A stretch of 61,561 nt of DNA, the filler included, from Choristocarpus tenellus KU-1152 (taxonomy: Eukaryota > Protista > Phaeophyceae), in assembly GCA_964200185.2 (NCBI GenBank). It is 11 parts of 11 records of this genome, joined end to end, with 100 filler letters (N's around TTAATTAATTAA, not from the genome) between each part and the next. Parts side by side here need not be neighbours in the genome. Positions count along the whole stretch, not along the records: positions 11,350 to 15,451 come from CAXNAD020016199.1; positions 15,552 to 27,073 come from CAXNAD020002279.1; 9 more parts are not named here. One strand, given 5' to 3'. The position numbers and the translations under genes are program-made. Below the pieces are notes generated by a model. It had not been told where the DNA came from and searched no databases. It was given only the letters and a program-made list of their open reading frames with translations. Shown piece by piece: positions 12,560 to 24,100 of the stretch (the stretch's first letter is position 1; each line of letters starts with the position of its first letter).

Positions 12560-13419
12560 CATGCAATAATAATACATTGCATTCAGAGTGAATAGCCTAC
12601 TTTTCCCTCAGTATCAGCATCACTGGGCACACATACATAACAAGATGAGGGCATACAATAAACTTGCATGTCTAAGGCGCCCTTCAAATTTTCATCTCAG
12701 TCAATAGAGCTACCACCCTCCACTCCAAATAAATGCGGGCAGCACATACTACCCCCCAACTCTTCACTTCATTCTCCACTCAATCAACTCTGCCATGTCA
12801 AGACCATTGAGTATGGATTGGGAAGACAGGGTGACATAGTGGACAAAGCAACACTCTTCACGTTTGGTATGCATCAGTAGAATGGCCAATACATCACATT
12901 CAGGCAGTGGGACGTATCCACATTGCAACATGTCCTACCACCTCTATCCTGGCAAGATTCAATCAGTCATTATCAGCAAATAAGACGTGGTCTATTCACT
13001 GCCTTAGTTCCCAGCAAATACTGACTCAGGTAAGATTTTGCAGATAGCGATATAAATGTCTGTGTCAGGTTGTGCCGTTTGGTGATGGCACCCTGGCAGC
13101 CCATCAGCTTCTCAATCTAAAATGAATGAAGGAACCCAGGCTACGATGGGCTCCTGCCTCCCAGTCAATTTACTCTACCCTACAATACATTGTATATGTA
13201 CTGGAAAGCTGCTCATAAGACGTTCAGATATTTCCCACAGATTCTCTGTAATGTCAAATGTTGGCAGGGGTCGTAGCTAGCATTTCAACCTATGTTATCT
13301 CCAGATATTGGCAGCAGTATTTATGTACTAATATGTTGCAGCTACGTTTTTATTTTGCAATAAGTTGATGTGTACAGCTTGTCTGTGACACCTGGACTCT
13401 AACTCAATCCATCCCCAAA

Positions 13420-13540
13420 CTACTTGTGCCAGTCCTGTATGAAGATGGGGAGGGTCACCGAGAGAGTTTCCTTTTTTGCATCCCACTTTGCTTTCCCCTT
13501 CGATTCATCCACAGACATTGGGAGGTATGTCGATAAACGC
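13420..13540 (-). CDS. Terminal exon of a PIH1/CS (alpha-crystallin-like) domain protein, PIH1D/DNAAF-like co-chaperone
   Basis: Acceptor TTTCCTCAG, then RLSTYLPMSVDESKGKAKWDAKKETLSVTLPIFIQDWHK*, the typical PIH1 C-terminal LP..V......AKWD.....L.VTLP motif. Upstream exons not identified. Confidence 0.7.
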
Positions 13541-14186
13541 CTGAGGAAATAGCATTTACATTCAGAGCGGCACAGGAAACAGAGGATGGTCTCACAAGCC
13601 ACGAAAAAAAATCCTTCCAAGACCATAGAAAATTTCTGAGAAAGAAAGGGGTTGGTGAGATGGAAAGGTCACTCTATTGAAATCAAGGAGGATGGTACAA
13701 TAGCACAAGAGCTCTGCCCCCACTTCAGCATACATAAATTGTTTCAATGCCCAACTTTGCCTTCCTTCCTCCCTTGATGACTGGCCAGATTGCCTTCCTT
13801 CAATGCACCCCACTACTTCCACGCAAAGACAATTAATATAATCATCAATATCTACATTCACTTTTTTTCCACACAACATTTTGCTACATTTTTCTCTCTT
13901 TTCTGCACTTTTCCGTTCCTCTGTCCATCCACAAAAATGATGTGTTTGTGCCACTGTATGCCCATTGGTCACCCATTACCCTCATATGACACTCGGCTGG
14001 CCGAAGTGCAACAAAATTTCTGTGATTCTTAGGAACAAGGAAGGAAAGCTAGAAAAATCGTTGAGCAGAGCAGCAGCATGTCTTGTGCCTCTGTATTCAT
14101 GTATTGAGCAATATGTTCATGACAGAGCCATGCCATCCTTTGGGCAAAGGGGAGGATGCAATAAAAGAGATTTTTTGTGCAAACCA

Positions 14187-14445
14187 GAGTGAAAGTATCT
14201 TAGAGGGTACGAGTTTTGCCCTGTTTGTCCATTTGGGGCTTGGCTTCCCATGGATTCTTTTATGACATTTTCCTACTCCAAGATGGTTTAGAGTAGGTAA
14301 AATGTGTACATTGTGAATAGGTGTGTCCGGAACAAGGATATTTACACTTCCTAACAAACACAATAGCCAAAACTACATCAAAATCGCAACATTGGATTTT
14401 GGTCTCCAAATGGACACGGCTCTACCCTCCAAGATACTTTGGCTA
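14187..14445 (+). mobile_element. MITE family A copy 5
   Basis: GAGTGAAAGTATCTTAGAGGG...CCCTCCAAGATACTTTGGCTA; flanks ACCA/AACA. Confidence 0.92.
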
Positions 14446-15077
14446 AACAGAATGGTCTAGGGGTTGCATTGAGACGACAAGATGCTTTACCTACATCCCC
14501 AATCTCCTCAACAAGAACATGCACTCTTGCACTCGATCTGGGTATTACTCAATGGGAAAAAGGCACATATTTGTATCCTAGTCAGTGGGAATTTTGACCT
14601 AACTACAACTTCAACATGAAAATAGATCGAGGAAGGGCAAAATGATAGCACTGTACCTCAAAATTAGTAGGGAGGTACAGAACATGCGAATCATGAGCTG
14701 AAACGAATGAGGATCAAGAGTGGAAGGCCTCTACAATCCAGGAAACACTGTAGGTGCAGGAATACTCATGCTCCTGAGGAGTAGATATCCTGTGAATAAG
14801 CGCAAACTACAGATTCTTTTATCGGATTGACTGATCTATTCGCAGCGATCCAATACTAGTCATCCTACTGGGGTCACCAAACCCTAACATTAAGGTAGTA
14901 GCTGTGAAAAGAAAATCAAAAAGCCTGTTCATCCTTATCGCTGACTCAACGGAGCCATTGTGGCTCAACCCACTGCTTCCGATACAATATTTGGGGAGAG
15001 GAGAACAAGTGGGGATAAAATATGTTGTACAAATCCCCCACTCCTTCCTTGCCAGATGAAACGTTCATGCATGCTTT

Positions 15078-15342
15078 GAGTGAAAGTATCTTATTAAGAG
15101 AGGGTACGAGTTTTTCCCTATTTGTCCATTTGGGACTTGACTTCCCACGGGTTTTTAATGACATTTTACCTACTCCAAAATGTTTTGGAATAGGTAAAAT
15201 GTTTACGTTATGAAATGGTGTGTCCAGAACAATGATATTGACATCTCCTAACACACATGATCGAAAAAATCACAATAAAATTGTAACATTGGATTTTGGT
15301 CCCCAAATGGACGTGGCCCTACCCTCTAAGATGCTTTGACTC
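15078..15342 (+). mobile_element. MITE family A copy 6
   Basis: GAGTGAAAGTATCTTATTAAGAGAGGG...CCCTCTAAGATGCTTTGACTC; 3-bp TSD TTT. Confidence 0.9.
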
Positions 15343-15786
15343 TTTTTGAAGTGTTGTGTTCATTGTTATTCACAAGTCTATCTTCCTCAGCCCTGAGGCA
15401 ATGCAAGAATTTTGTGAAGGGGGGGGGGTGTTAGACAAGGTCGTCCGATTGNNNNNNNNNNNNNNNNNNNNNNNNNNNNNNNNNNNNNNNNNNNNTTAAT
15501 TAATTAANNNNNNNNNNNNNNNNNNNNNNNNNNNNNNNNNNNNNNNNNNNNAGGTGCAGTGGCTGGAAATCAGGGGCGAAGAGGTCACACTGGTTGGTCA
15601 CAAGGGTTGTTAGAATAGGGAGAGAAGAGGATTAGGGAGGAATGCAAAAAAGATAAATAAAAGAATAATAATAATCCAGAATTCGTGAGCAAAACAAAGA
15701 ATGGAGTTTGTTGACATATTTTTGACATATCAAAAAGTCTTTGTCCTTATTTTCTTGATCTCTATAACATCATATAGCATCCTGTA

Positions 15787-17983
15787 AGGTAGTACCAGTG
15801 ACTTTTGCCCTCTGTGGCTTTTCTGCCTTTTTTCATGTGCAGCCCTCCTGACAGATATACAACAATATATATATATATAATATGAATGGGTATGACAAGA
15901 GCTTTTGAAGGTTTGTATCCACGAATACACAGACTTTGGGGAACGGGAACTATGTCCCGACGAAAAAATGGAAACAACGCGGGGGAATACCTCCGGCGCA
16001 ATTTTGAAGGTCGCGACTTCAAAACGGGTTAAAATGAAGTGGTTGGTTGACCTCCTTGCAGAAAACTGGTTTGGGTTAGAGGTCACTGCTCAAGTTTGAT
16101 TGGTGGGCTGTAACGAAAAAAAAAAGGTAGACAGAAACCCCAAGATTTCCAGACATTTTTTAATCGGGACATCTTTTAAATGCCTTTTCCAGACTTTCTG
16201 TGAGCACACACACACGTGACTTACAACCAACATGAACCACGACGGTGAGACAAGAAGGGCTGCTGAGGCCACTGGATCTACGCTCAGCAACTTCTCTGTC
16301 CAGAGGCGACAGAAAAACAAGTACCGTGTGAAACTCCTTGCGATGTTAAGTGACGAGAAAGTGCGAGTGTGGCACAGCAGTATGATCGAATCACGAAATG
16401 GACCACGCGGTCGCAACACTGAAGCTGAGAGAAGATGCTGTGAAAGCACTACCACACAAACGTGGTTGGGTCTTCAACCACTTAGGAGAACTGCTCTGCA
16501 AGAACTGTCACCTTGGGAAACAGGAAGAGAGCGACGAGTCCATCACCAGGTGGTATAGTGACGAAGTCTGTGGGGAAGCCTGGTCGCGGCGGGCGAAGGG
16601 AGAACCAGAGTGGCCACCCGAAGCGAAGGTTGGGGAAGAGAGCAGTGCGACTGTGTGCCATTGCGCTCAGGAAATGCTTAAACGAAAAGCTGGGTGTAGA
16701 ATATCTTGTTGAGAAGCTTGGGGCATGTAAGGCTCGCCGCCGAAAGCTAGTAGTTGAGTTACATGGTAAAACATGCACCGAATCATTAATTGCCTGTCAT
16801 CCATCCATCATCACTGATGTGTGAATGAATGTTGACTTATTATATTTTTATGCACGTTCCTACTTTGTATTGTCCCGAACTAATTATTATCGTACATTTA
16901 ACCGATGATATATACCCTGACACATCTGCAAAAAGTCAGAGGGCATAATAAACAAAAATATATACTTGTATCAACACAGATAACGTAAGGATAATACTAG
17001 GTTATTCGACATATCTTAGTAGTCGACAATTGCAGTGGGCCCTGCCTGTTGGGAAGCTGTGCGAGCCGGGGTGGTTTAAGGAAACGAGAAATAAGGTGTT
17101 AGGGTTGGGCTACAAGGGCTCTGAAGCCCGAAAGAAGGTCGAAAGGGCTCGCAAGGCGGAGGAGAAAGCGATCGTAACAAAGGCAGCTGCGGAGACTTTT
17201 CGATACCACCAAATCCTTTAGTTCGAAGAGGTCGCGAAGCAGGCGGAGGTAGCCATCGATGAGGACTCTAGGGCAGAAGAGGAGGTGAGATTGAGACTAT
17301 TTGCACTCCAATGGGTTTGGTGTCTCCAACCTCTTGCAAGATGCCGTATATTCAATTTTGTTCCTGGACAAAGGGATGGACGTATAAAGAAGATTAAGGT
17401 TTTCTCCCAGCCTACCATTCGAGAAATCAACACATTTTTCGTTCAACTCAAGCCTGCCCTCCCTCACCCTTGTGCCTTGATAAAATATCACCCGCCCAGG
17501 AAACACGTACAACGCCCATTTCCAGTGCTCAACAAGGAAACGTGAGGGTAAGGGCTCTAACACTGCGGATCCTATACCTATTTATACACGACGGGAAAGA
17601 CTATCAAAGTGCACTCGAGATGGGAGCAGGATATGCGATGGTCAGGTCGAAAACTGTGAGTAAATAGGAGAGAGACTTCCTAACTTAGGGCCACATCAAA
17701 GAGTCGGAGCAAGGGCGCTACGAGAGGCGTTTCGTTCCGGGCGTCGACGAGGATATCCTTGCCGAGGTCAAAGAGTGGGTGCGCGAACACACAGGAAGAA
17801 AGGGTAGGGAGGCTTTTTTCCCGCATTAACCCTCTACTTTAATCAAGTATAGTGCATCTGTTGCCACTCTTCGTGACCTACAATCCAGGATCCGAACTCC
17901 AATATGACTCCTCTTTCCTAAAAAAGAAAAAAAATGGCGAAGAAAAACGAAGCCCGTACTTCAGAAAGCGACTGGTACCGCTC
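15787..17983 (+). mobile_element. ~2-kb non-autonomous TIR DNA transposon, copy 1 (IS630/Tc1/mariner-like, decayed HTH-coding region)
   Basis: Homologous over ~1.8 kb to 37203-39036 (inverted). Ends TA|AGGTAGTACCAGTGACTTT ... AAAGCGACTGGTACCGCTC|TA. Translation near 17640-17805, KTVSK*ERDFLT*GHIKESEQGRYERRFVPGVDEDILAEVKEWVRE, resembles a transposase N-terminal HTH. No DDE region present. Confidence 0.75.
16707..17011. mobile_element. Solo LTR (305 bp) nested in the TIR element
   Basis: TGTTGAG...TTCGACA termini, perfect 5-bp TSD TATCT; absent from the homologous site in copy 2 (GAATATCTTCATAGTCGAC). Confidence 0.9.
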
Positions 17984-18168
17984 TAGGAAAAAATACTAGA
18001 GTCTTTTCTATTATAGATAGTATGTATAATAGTACTATAATAGTAGTAGGATTATGTCTTTTTCATTCTCTCACAAATCTCAAGTCACAACAACACTCCA
18101 GTTAGCAAGGGGGGGTCGGGAGGGCACAGAGTCGGCACCCAACCCTGTTCAGAGGGAGTGCAGAAGGG

Positions 18169-21100
18169 ATGTCTGAAGTGTGGGTCAAGCAGAGCCTGGA
18201 TGTTCACCGTTCAACCCATGTCTTGTTAGTTCCTCTGGGGAATATCCCCTATGATGCCTACAATAAGTATTGCAACATCATTCGACGATACAGGTGAACA
18301 CTTATCCCGTTACCCATAGAACGGTACAGTTCGATTGTTACGTCTACTGTCTTGGCGTGAGTGGTAGTGATGATCCTGGTTAAGATCTATGCCAACATTG
18401 GAATTTGTCTTGAGGACTCATTTGCCCAAAACTAGAGTGAACGCCAGCTAACTTGTTCTGTGAGCATAAGTCGCAGCTTGATCGATTCGCAGTAGATAGG
18501 CTCACTGGACCGAGAGGAAGAGCATTGCAGTAGGATCAATCTTGATTATCCCCCTTCAAACTGACCATCTACCCCGTTCTTTGTGATTTTCATAATGTAA
18601 ATGTGACCCTTGAACCAATCCCCGCTTCAGCTCCATACCCATGCAGAATCTGACGGCCCCAGGAGACTGGAATCGAACAAATAGCGCCCTGAAGCATTTT
18701 AACTGGTCGGAAGGTTGCTTCAGCTTCAGATTCACCGACGGAGATGTGAGCGACTCAGCACTGTCCGAGTGGGAAGACTTCCAAGGTGTGAATCAATACT
18801 CCCCTGTGTGATGAAGCTGTATTGGATAAGACAAGCCCTGACTTCCTGTTGCTATGAAGGCGCCATGAAAATCTCCTTCGTTTATCCCAGATTCAACAGC
18901 TCTAAAGATCCGCTCTGTCCTCCCACATGATTCCCTTGTACACCACACCTATAACCCGTAAAGGGTATCGACGTGTCCTCGGAGCGATTGGAATCGTCCA
19001 CTTTCCCTCCTGTGAGGGTGCTGACTTCCATGACCTGGAGCGTCAATTCCAGGCTGTTGTTGCAGGGCACCGACACATTCGTGCTTGCCGAATTTTCGCG
19101 TTCGGTCACGCATTCGAGTTGGGGGCATACCCGGATATCATTGACCCTCAGCGAGATATTGTGTTCCCACCCGAGCAGAAATTTGAGGTGAGTAAGTCTT
19201 GATTTGAAAATATGTTTGTGGGGTGGTATTCTTAGCCTTGCCGTTAGCATGCGCCCTACTGGGTCTTCAGTTACTCCCTGATCACACCCCTCCATACCCA
19301 CCTTCCCTCAACCTCCCCTGTCCAAAATGTGCTCAATAGATGTGTTGCGGGTTGTCTCGCCTTTATTTTGCCCTCCTACACCAAGTCATCAATGTTGTGC
19401 TCAACAGCAGTCTGGAGAAAAGGGGATGGGATAGTGATAGCATCCTCCTATTTGCCCTTCCAAATGGTGAAGTATCCCATGTGTTTTTCACCTCTGATGA
19501 TTTTAGCTTTTTCTTTATGTTCCTTCTGTTGGTGGTTGACTGCTGAGTTTACTGTGTGGTATCCTCTGTTGTGAACTTGAAACTGATGCACACTTGCTTA
19601 GGGAAGGAAACTGCATATACCAGTTTGTGAAGAACTGGTGATTCCAAGAGATTATTTCGACATTCATTCTTGTAGTGTTTTCTGTAGTGCTAAATTCCTT
19701 ATGTTTGATTTTGTCCCCTTCCCAACTATCTTTTCACCCTTTGAATCTTTCTGTTGCTTCCTGTGGCAGGGTGGAGGTAGTACCACAGAGCTTCACATGG
19801 CTGTGAGTCTGTACGATGTGGCTGTTTCCATTATAAAGGAGTTGGCAGGAGACATTAGGGACTGGACAACCCCTTCCTCACTGGGTGTGGCAGCAGCCCG
19901 TGCAATAGGCTTCGTGGGGACCAGCACAAATGGTAGCTCCCCCGCAAAGTCTCCCATGCCTCCACTCAGGTAGGATGAGGTTTAACGGTTTGAAAAATAT
20001 GAGATGTAGCTTAGCAATGGTCCCCCTCTGACTCCAACATGTTGGTGATTCATTTTGTTACTGTAACGGTTTTTCATATCCCTCTGAGTCATGCATAGAG
20101 CTGTGCAAATATACATCCTCAGATGTGAGATTACTGGGAAGCCCAACTTTTGGTTTGTGTAGATATTTAGAAGTAGAAATCAGTGGGTGGATGGATGCGT
20201 GGATGGAAGTTGTTTTTTTGTTGTGTTGATAGGGATAGATTAGGTTTAATCCGAACCACTTTATGTATATACTAGGTGTACTGTTCGTGGTTTGTCACAA
20301 GTGTAACATGGTATTATTGCAGCATAATCAGACTCCAGTAAGAAATAAATATGTCCTGTATCATGAAGTGTGTGGTTGACTACTATCCAGAACAAGTGAA
20401 ATGGTGTGTATGTGGAGACATGTATTATTGAGATATATCCTACAGCACATCTGATCGAGGTCAGTACCCTATGTTTTTGGTCTTCTTGATGTATTTCGTC
20501 AACATGTGTGGGCATAGGTACAAGACTGATATAATGTACACCCTGTAGGGCACAATAGAGGATCATACATGTAAGTACAGTGTATTTCCACCTCCATCAC
20601 AAGTGGAATTTTTGAGGAAGCTGGACTATTAATACGAAACTGGATGAGTAATGCACCACCCAAAAATGTCACTGTCAACAAACCCACAGCAACATACGCT
20701 GCACTGGTTACATGAACACCCTTGTTTAGTGAGTGCAAGGTATTGTTGTACCTGAAAGAACAATAGCACGCCTCCGTCGCAACAAAAAGTCAGCCTGTAA
20801 GACAAAGATCGCCTCTAACCAACCGATGGAACGCCGCTTCTCACTTCCCTCCTGTTCTACCTTTCGATCCCCCTCCCACTTCCGCTCCCACTACTTTTTG
20901 TCTCCCCCTTTTCTTGTTTTGAGTGTGTGTTTTTATTTTTTATTTGTGTGCTGGCTGTGTGCGATCGTACCAAACGTAACCTCTTTTTTACCGTCTTTTG
21001 TTTGCAAAGCACGCCACAAGACCGGGAGGCCATCAGTGAGAGCAAAACAAGCAAGCGCCGACAAGGCCGCTTGCACAAATGGATCGGGGACATGTGCCTG

Positions 21101-24100
21101 CTTGCTGGCTCCCCAAAGGTGAGATTGTGTGTGTGTGTGTGTGTGCTTTCTCCCCAATGCATCCTCTCTGCAGAAAAGGATGTAGCAAGTCTCTGGTGCC
21201 CTCTCTTGTGTTTTGTAAAACCCTGGAAAATGCTGTCTTCAAGATCTCTCTGAACCCTCCCCTACTTTCCTTTTTTTTTTTCTCTGCCTCGGTGGTTCAC
21301 TTGTTCCTTCCGATTCCAGGGTATAGTTTTAAATGATCGTTGCGTTCCATTTTTAACTACGTGTATCCTATGTAGTGCAACAACCCCCACCCAAGTAATA
21401 ATGCCTATAATTAGATGAAAGAAATGTGATCGATACAAATTAGCATGTATTTGTTTATTCAGGACGCCCTGGAGCACTACAGCCAGTCCATGGCTGAGAC
21501 GAAGTCCTCGGACCCTCTATGGTATGTGGGCTGCCTGGAGGGCTTTGCTGCTTGCCTGGTAGCCATGAGTGATCCAGAGCACCCCACAGTTCATGGGGAT
21601 CAGGCGTTGGCGCTCCTGAGAGACATGGCCAGGGACAACAAGGACTTGGATAGGGCTAGCCAAGCTACCACCTCTTCTACATGGATGGTTCTGGCTAAGG
21701 GTGAGGATCATAATCTATAGGAGGGGGCAGTGTTTTGCGCCGGGGTGAGAGGAGGTTTTGTGCGGTTCTTGGTTATGGAGATATTATTTCCACCACTGAC
21801 TGATACTTTTTTTTCTCATGCAGTTATTTGCTTCAACTCAGAGAGGTCAGCTTGTTGCTACTGTTGCATGGTATTTTTGCTTGTGGGATTTGTGGCAGTC
21901 TCATGAAATGTGTGCCACAACCTGCTCTCTGTATGTGTGTGTGCAGGGCATTTCCTACATGACTATATATATATATAGATGTAGGTAGATACTGTCAAGT
22001 ATGTTTTTACTATCACGGGGTTTTGTGCTGTTTCATGTCCATGTAGTAGTTTTCACGGTGGTCCTGGGGGAGGGGGACATGCGCAAGAAATGAGTTTCTC
22101 GTTAGTGCATGAAAAGAGAATGTAAGAGTGTAATGTTATATATATATATATATTGCTTTTTGTTTTATTTTTGCTGATAGGCATCATTGTGGAGAAGATT
22201 CAGGAGGCATTATCGGTTCTGAGCAGGTACTCTGCGTTTGGATGCCTTGAGGTGGAGCTGTGCTTCAAAGCAGCACGGTTCCATGCCTCTGCTCTCCCTG
22301 AACCGAGGTATGAGAGCAAGCTTATGGCCTGTGCTTGCCCAGTTTTCTTGCCCCACACATTGGGTAAATAATGGCATGTTGGAAGGCCTTGCTTACGAAT
22401 AAAGCCTAGAAATCTTTTTGGAAATCCTTTTATACTTTAAAAAAATCGTTAATCTCGTGTGATTGATCCGACATTGGTGTCCCAGTTTTGAGACATTTTG
22501 TGGTCTGGTTGATGTGGACAACGGGGACAGAAGAAGGGTCAGACTTGTGCAGGCTAAGGGATTCAACTTGGAACTCCCTCACAGATGATGTGTGGAATCT
22601 CTACGTACGGTCAGGGGTTTTGTACTACTTAGTATGCTACAGTGTGAGGAGTAACTCCGGACGTAGTGACACCCACTGTCGTTGTAAGGCATTAGGGAGT
22701 ATGGGGGGTTGTATATGTTGAGATAATAAATAAAATGCCATATACATTAGCAATAGTAGCGTGCTGTGGGTGAAGTGGGGCGATTAGGTAGCGGTGACCT
22801 ATTGTTGACCAGGTGCCCGTGTTGTAAGGGCATCCAGGGGTATATCTCCAGTTGAAGTACAGTTTGGGGGGTGGGGTACCAGTACTCTCTCCCTCTCCCT
22901 CTCCTCAACACCAAGTAATGAGAACTAGAGGTCAGTAAGCTCTCATGATGTACGAGATTTAAAGAGGATGAGTAATGCCCTGGGAGGTGACTGGAAAGTG
23001 TGTGATGGTTGTTGTGGAGCGTTTCCTAACCTACCCATACGTAGGTTTGATGCCTCCTTTGGCCTGTCATTGTTGCTGTAGCAGAAATTTTGTTCTCAGG
23101 TGGCTCCCCAACTCACACTCTCAACCGTTTCACAACGCACTTGCTCTAATTTCTATGGTACCCTTGGAACTATACTTTGCCCTTGCTATTCTTTACGATG
23201 TACGCCCCTCTGCCCTTGCCTGCAGGAACTGATACCGAGTCTTGAAGACTATGTGACTGTGCATGAACGGAACCGTCTGGTTGGTTGGATTGAGCCAATA
23301 GGGTGCAATTTCTCTGTGGACACCAGTACCCTCTTTCAAATTCTGTAGTATAGTTTTTTTCATGTTAATTTTTTTTTTGGAATTATTATTGTTGTTTTTG
23401 TAGAGTGCAGTGAAGCATTTTTTTTAATGTCCTTGTTATTCGTTGATGATGACCAGGTGTGATGAGGCGTTGGAGATGCTGCTACGGGGTCTGAGCATGC
23501 CTGATATGAGTGGGCAGGCTCAGGTGGAGGGAAGCATTGAGGCTGCGATTGTGTGTGAGAGCATGGGGCTGAAGGTATGTAGGTGTATGTCCCTCTTAGT
23601 TTTTCTTTTTCATTGTTTGCTTGTTGGCATCACAATGAAGAAATGTGCTTGCCCTCTTCAAACATCACCCGCCTGTACTGCTTATATGATGTGCTACAGC
23701 AGGGAACAAAATGTGTACCATTGTTGTGTATTATATATGATTTATTGTTTGTATAGATTACTCGTTAAGCTTCGCATTCGCAAGTTTCCCTTATCCTCTT
23801 ACTCCTATGATAGATGTGAGCATCATTGATTAAATTCAGTATGACAAACCACTTGAATGACACAATGTCTTTTCGTCATCCATGCATCTCTTTGCCATCC
23901 AAGGCCTCTCCAACTTCATTTGCTGTACCCTTCCCAACCCCTTTCCCGAATTCGTCCCCACATCCCGCATAACCCCTGACCACCCCCCTCCCCCCCCATC
24001 CTCCTACACAATATCTACTCTAAATACAGCGAAAGGCAGCGCTTTTTTCCCACCTGGCAGCCATGCTATGTGTGGAACATGAAACCTATGCCACTGCCCA

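Noticed and set aside
12650-13120. Possible CRE/RLE non-LTR relic on the minus strand (GCQGAITKRHN...FGVEGG)
   Set aside because: Only two weak motifs among many stops; cannot be supported without an HMM search.
5273-15342. Palindromic repeats read as a CRISPR array, or recurring short ORFs (SESILEGT..., ...HFGVG...) read as a peptide family
   Set aside because: They are dispersed MITE copies with TIRs and TSDs. There is no repeat-spacer periodicity, and the ORFs are chance translations with no conserved frame.
22500-22745. Possible Copia RNase H tail, PPT and LTR start in a TRAPPC9 intron
   Set aside because: Too decayed for a confident call.
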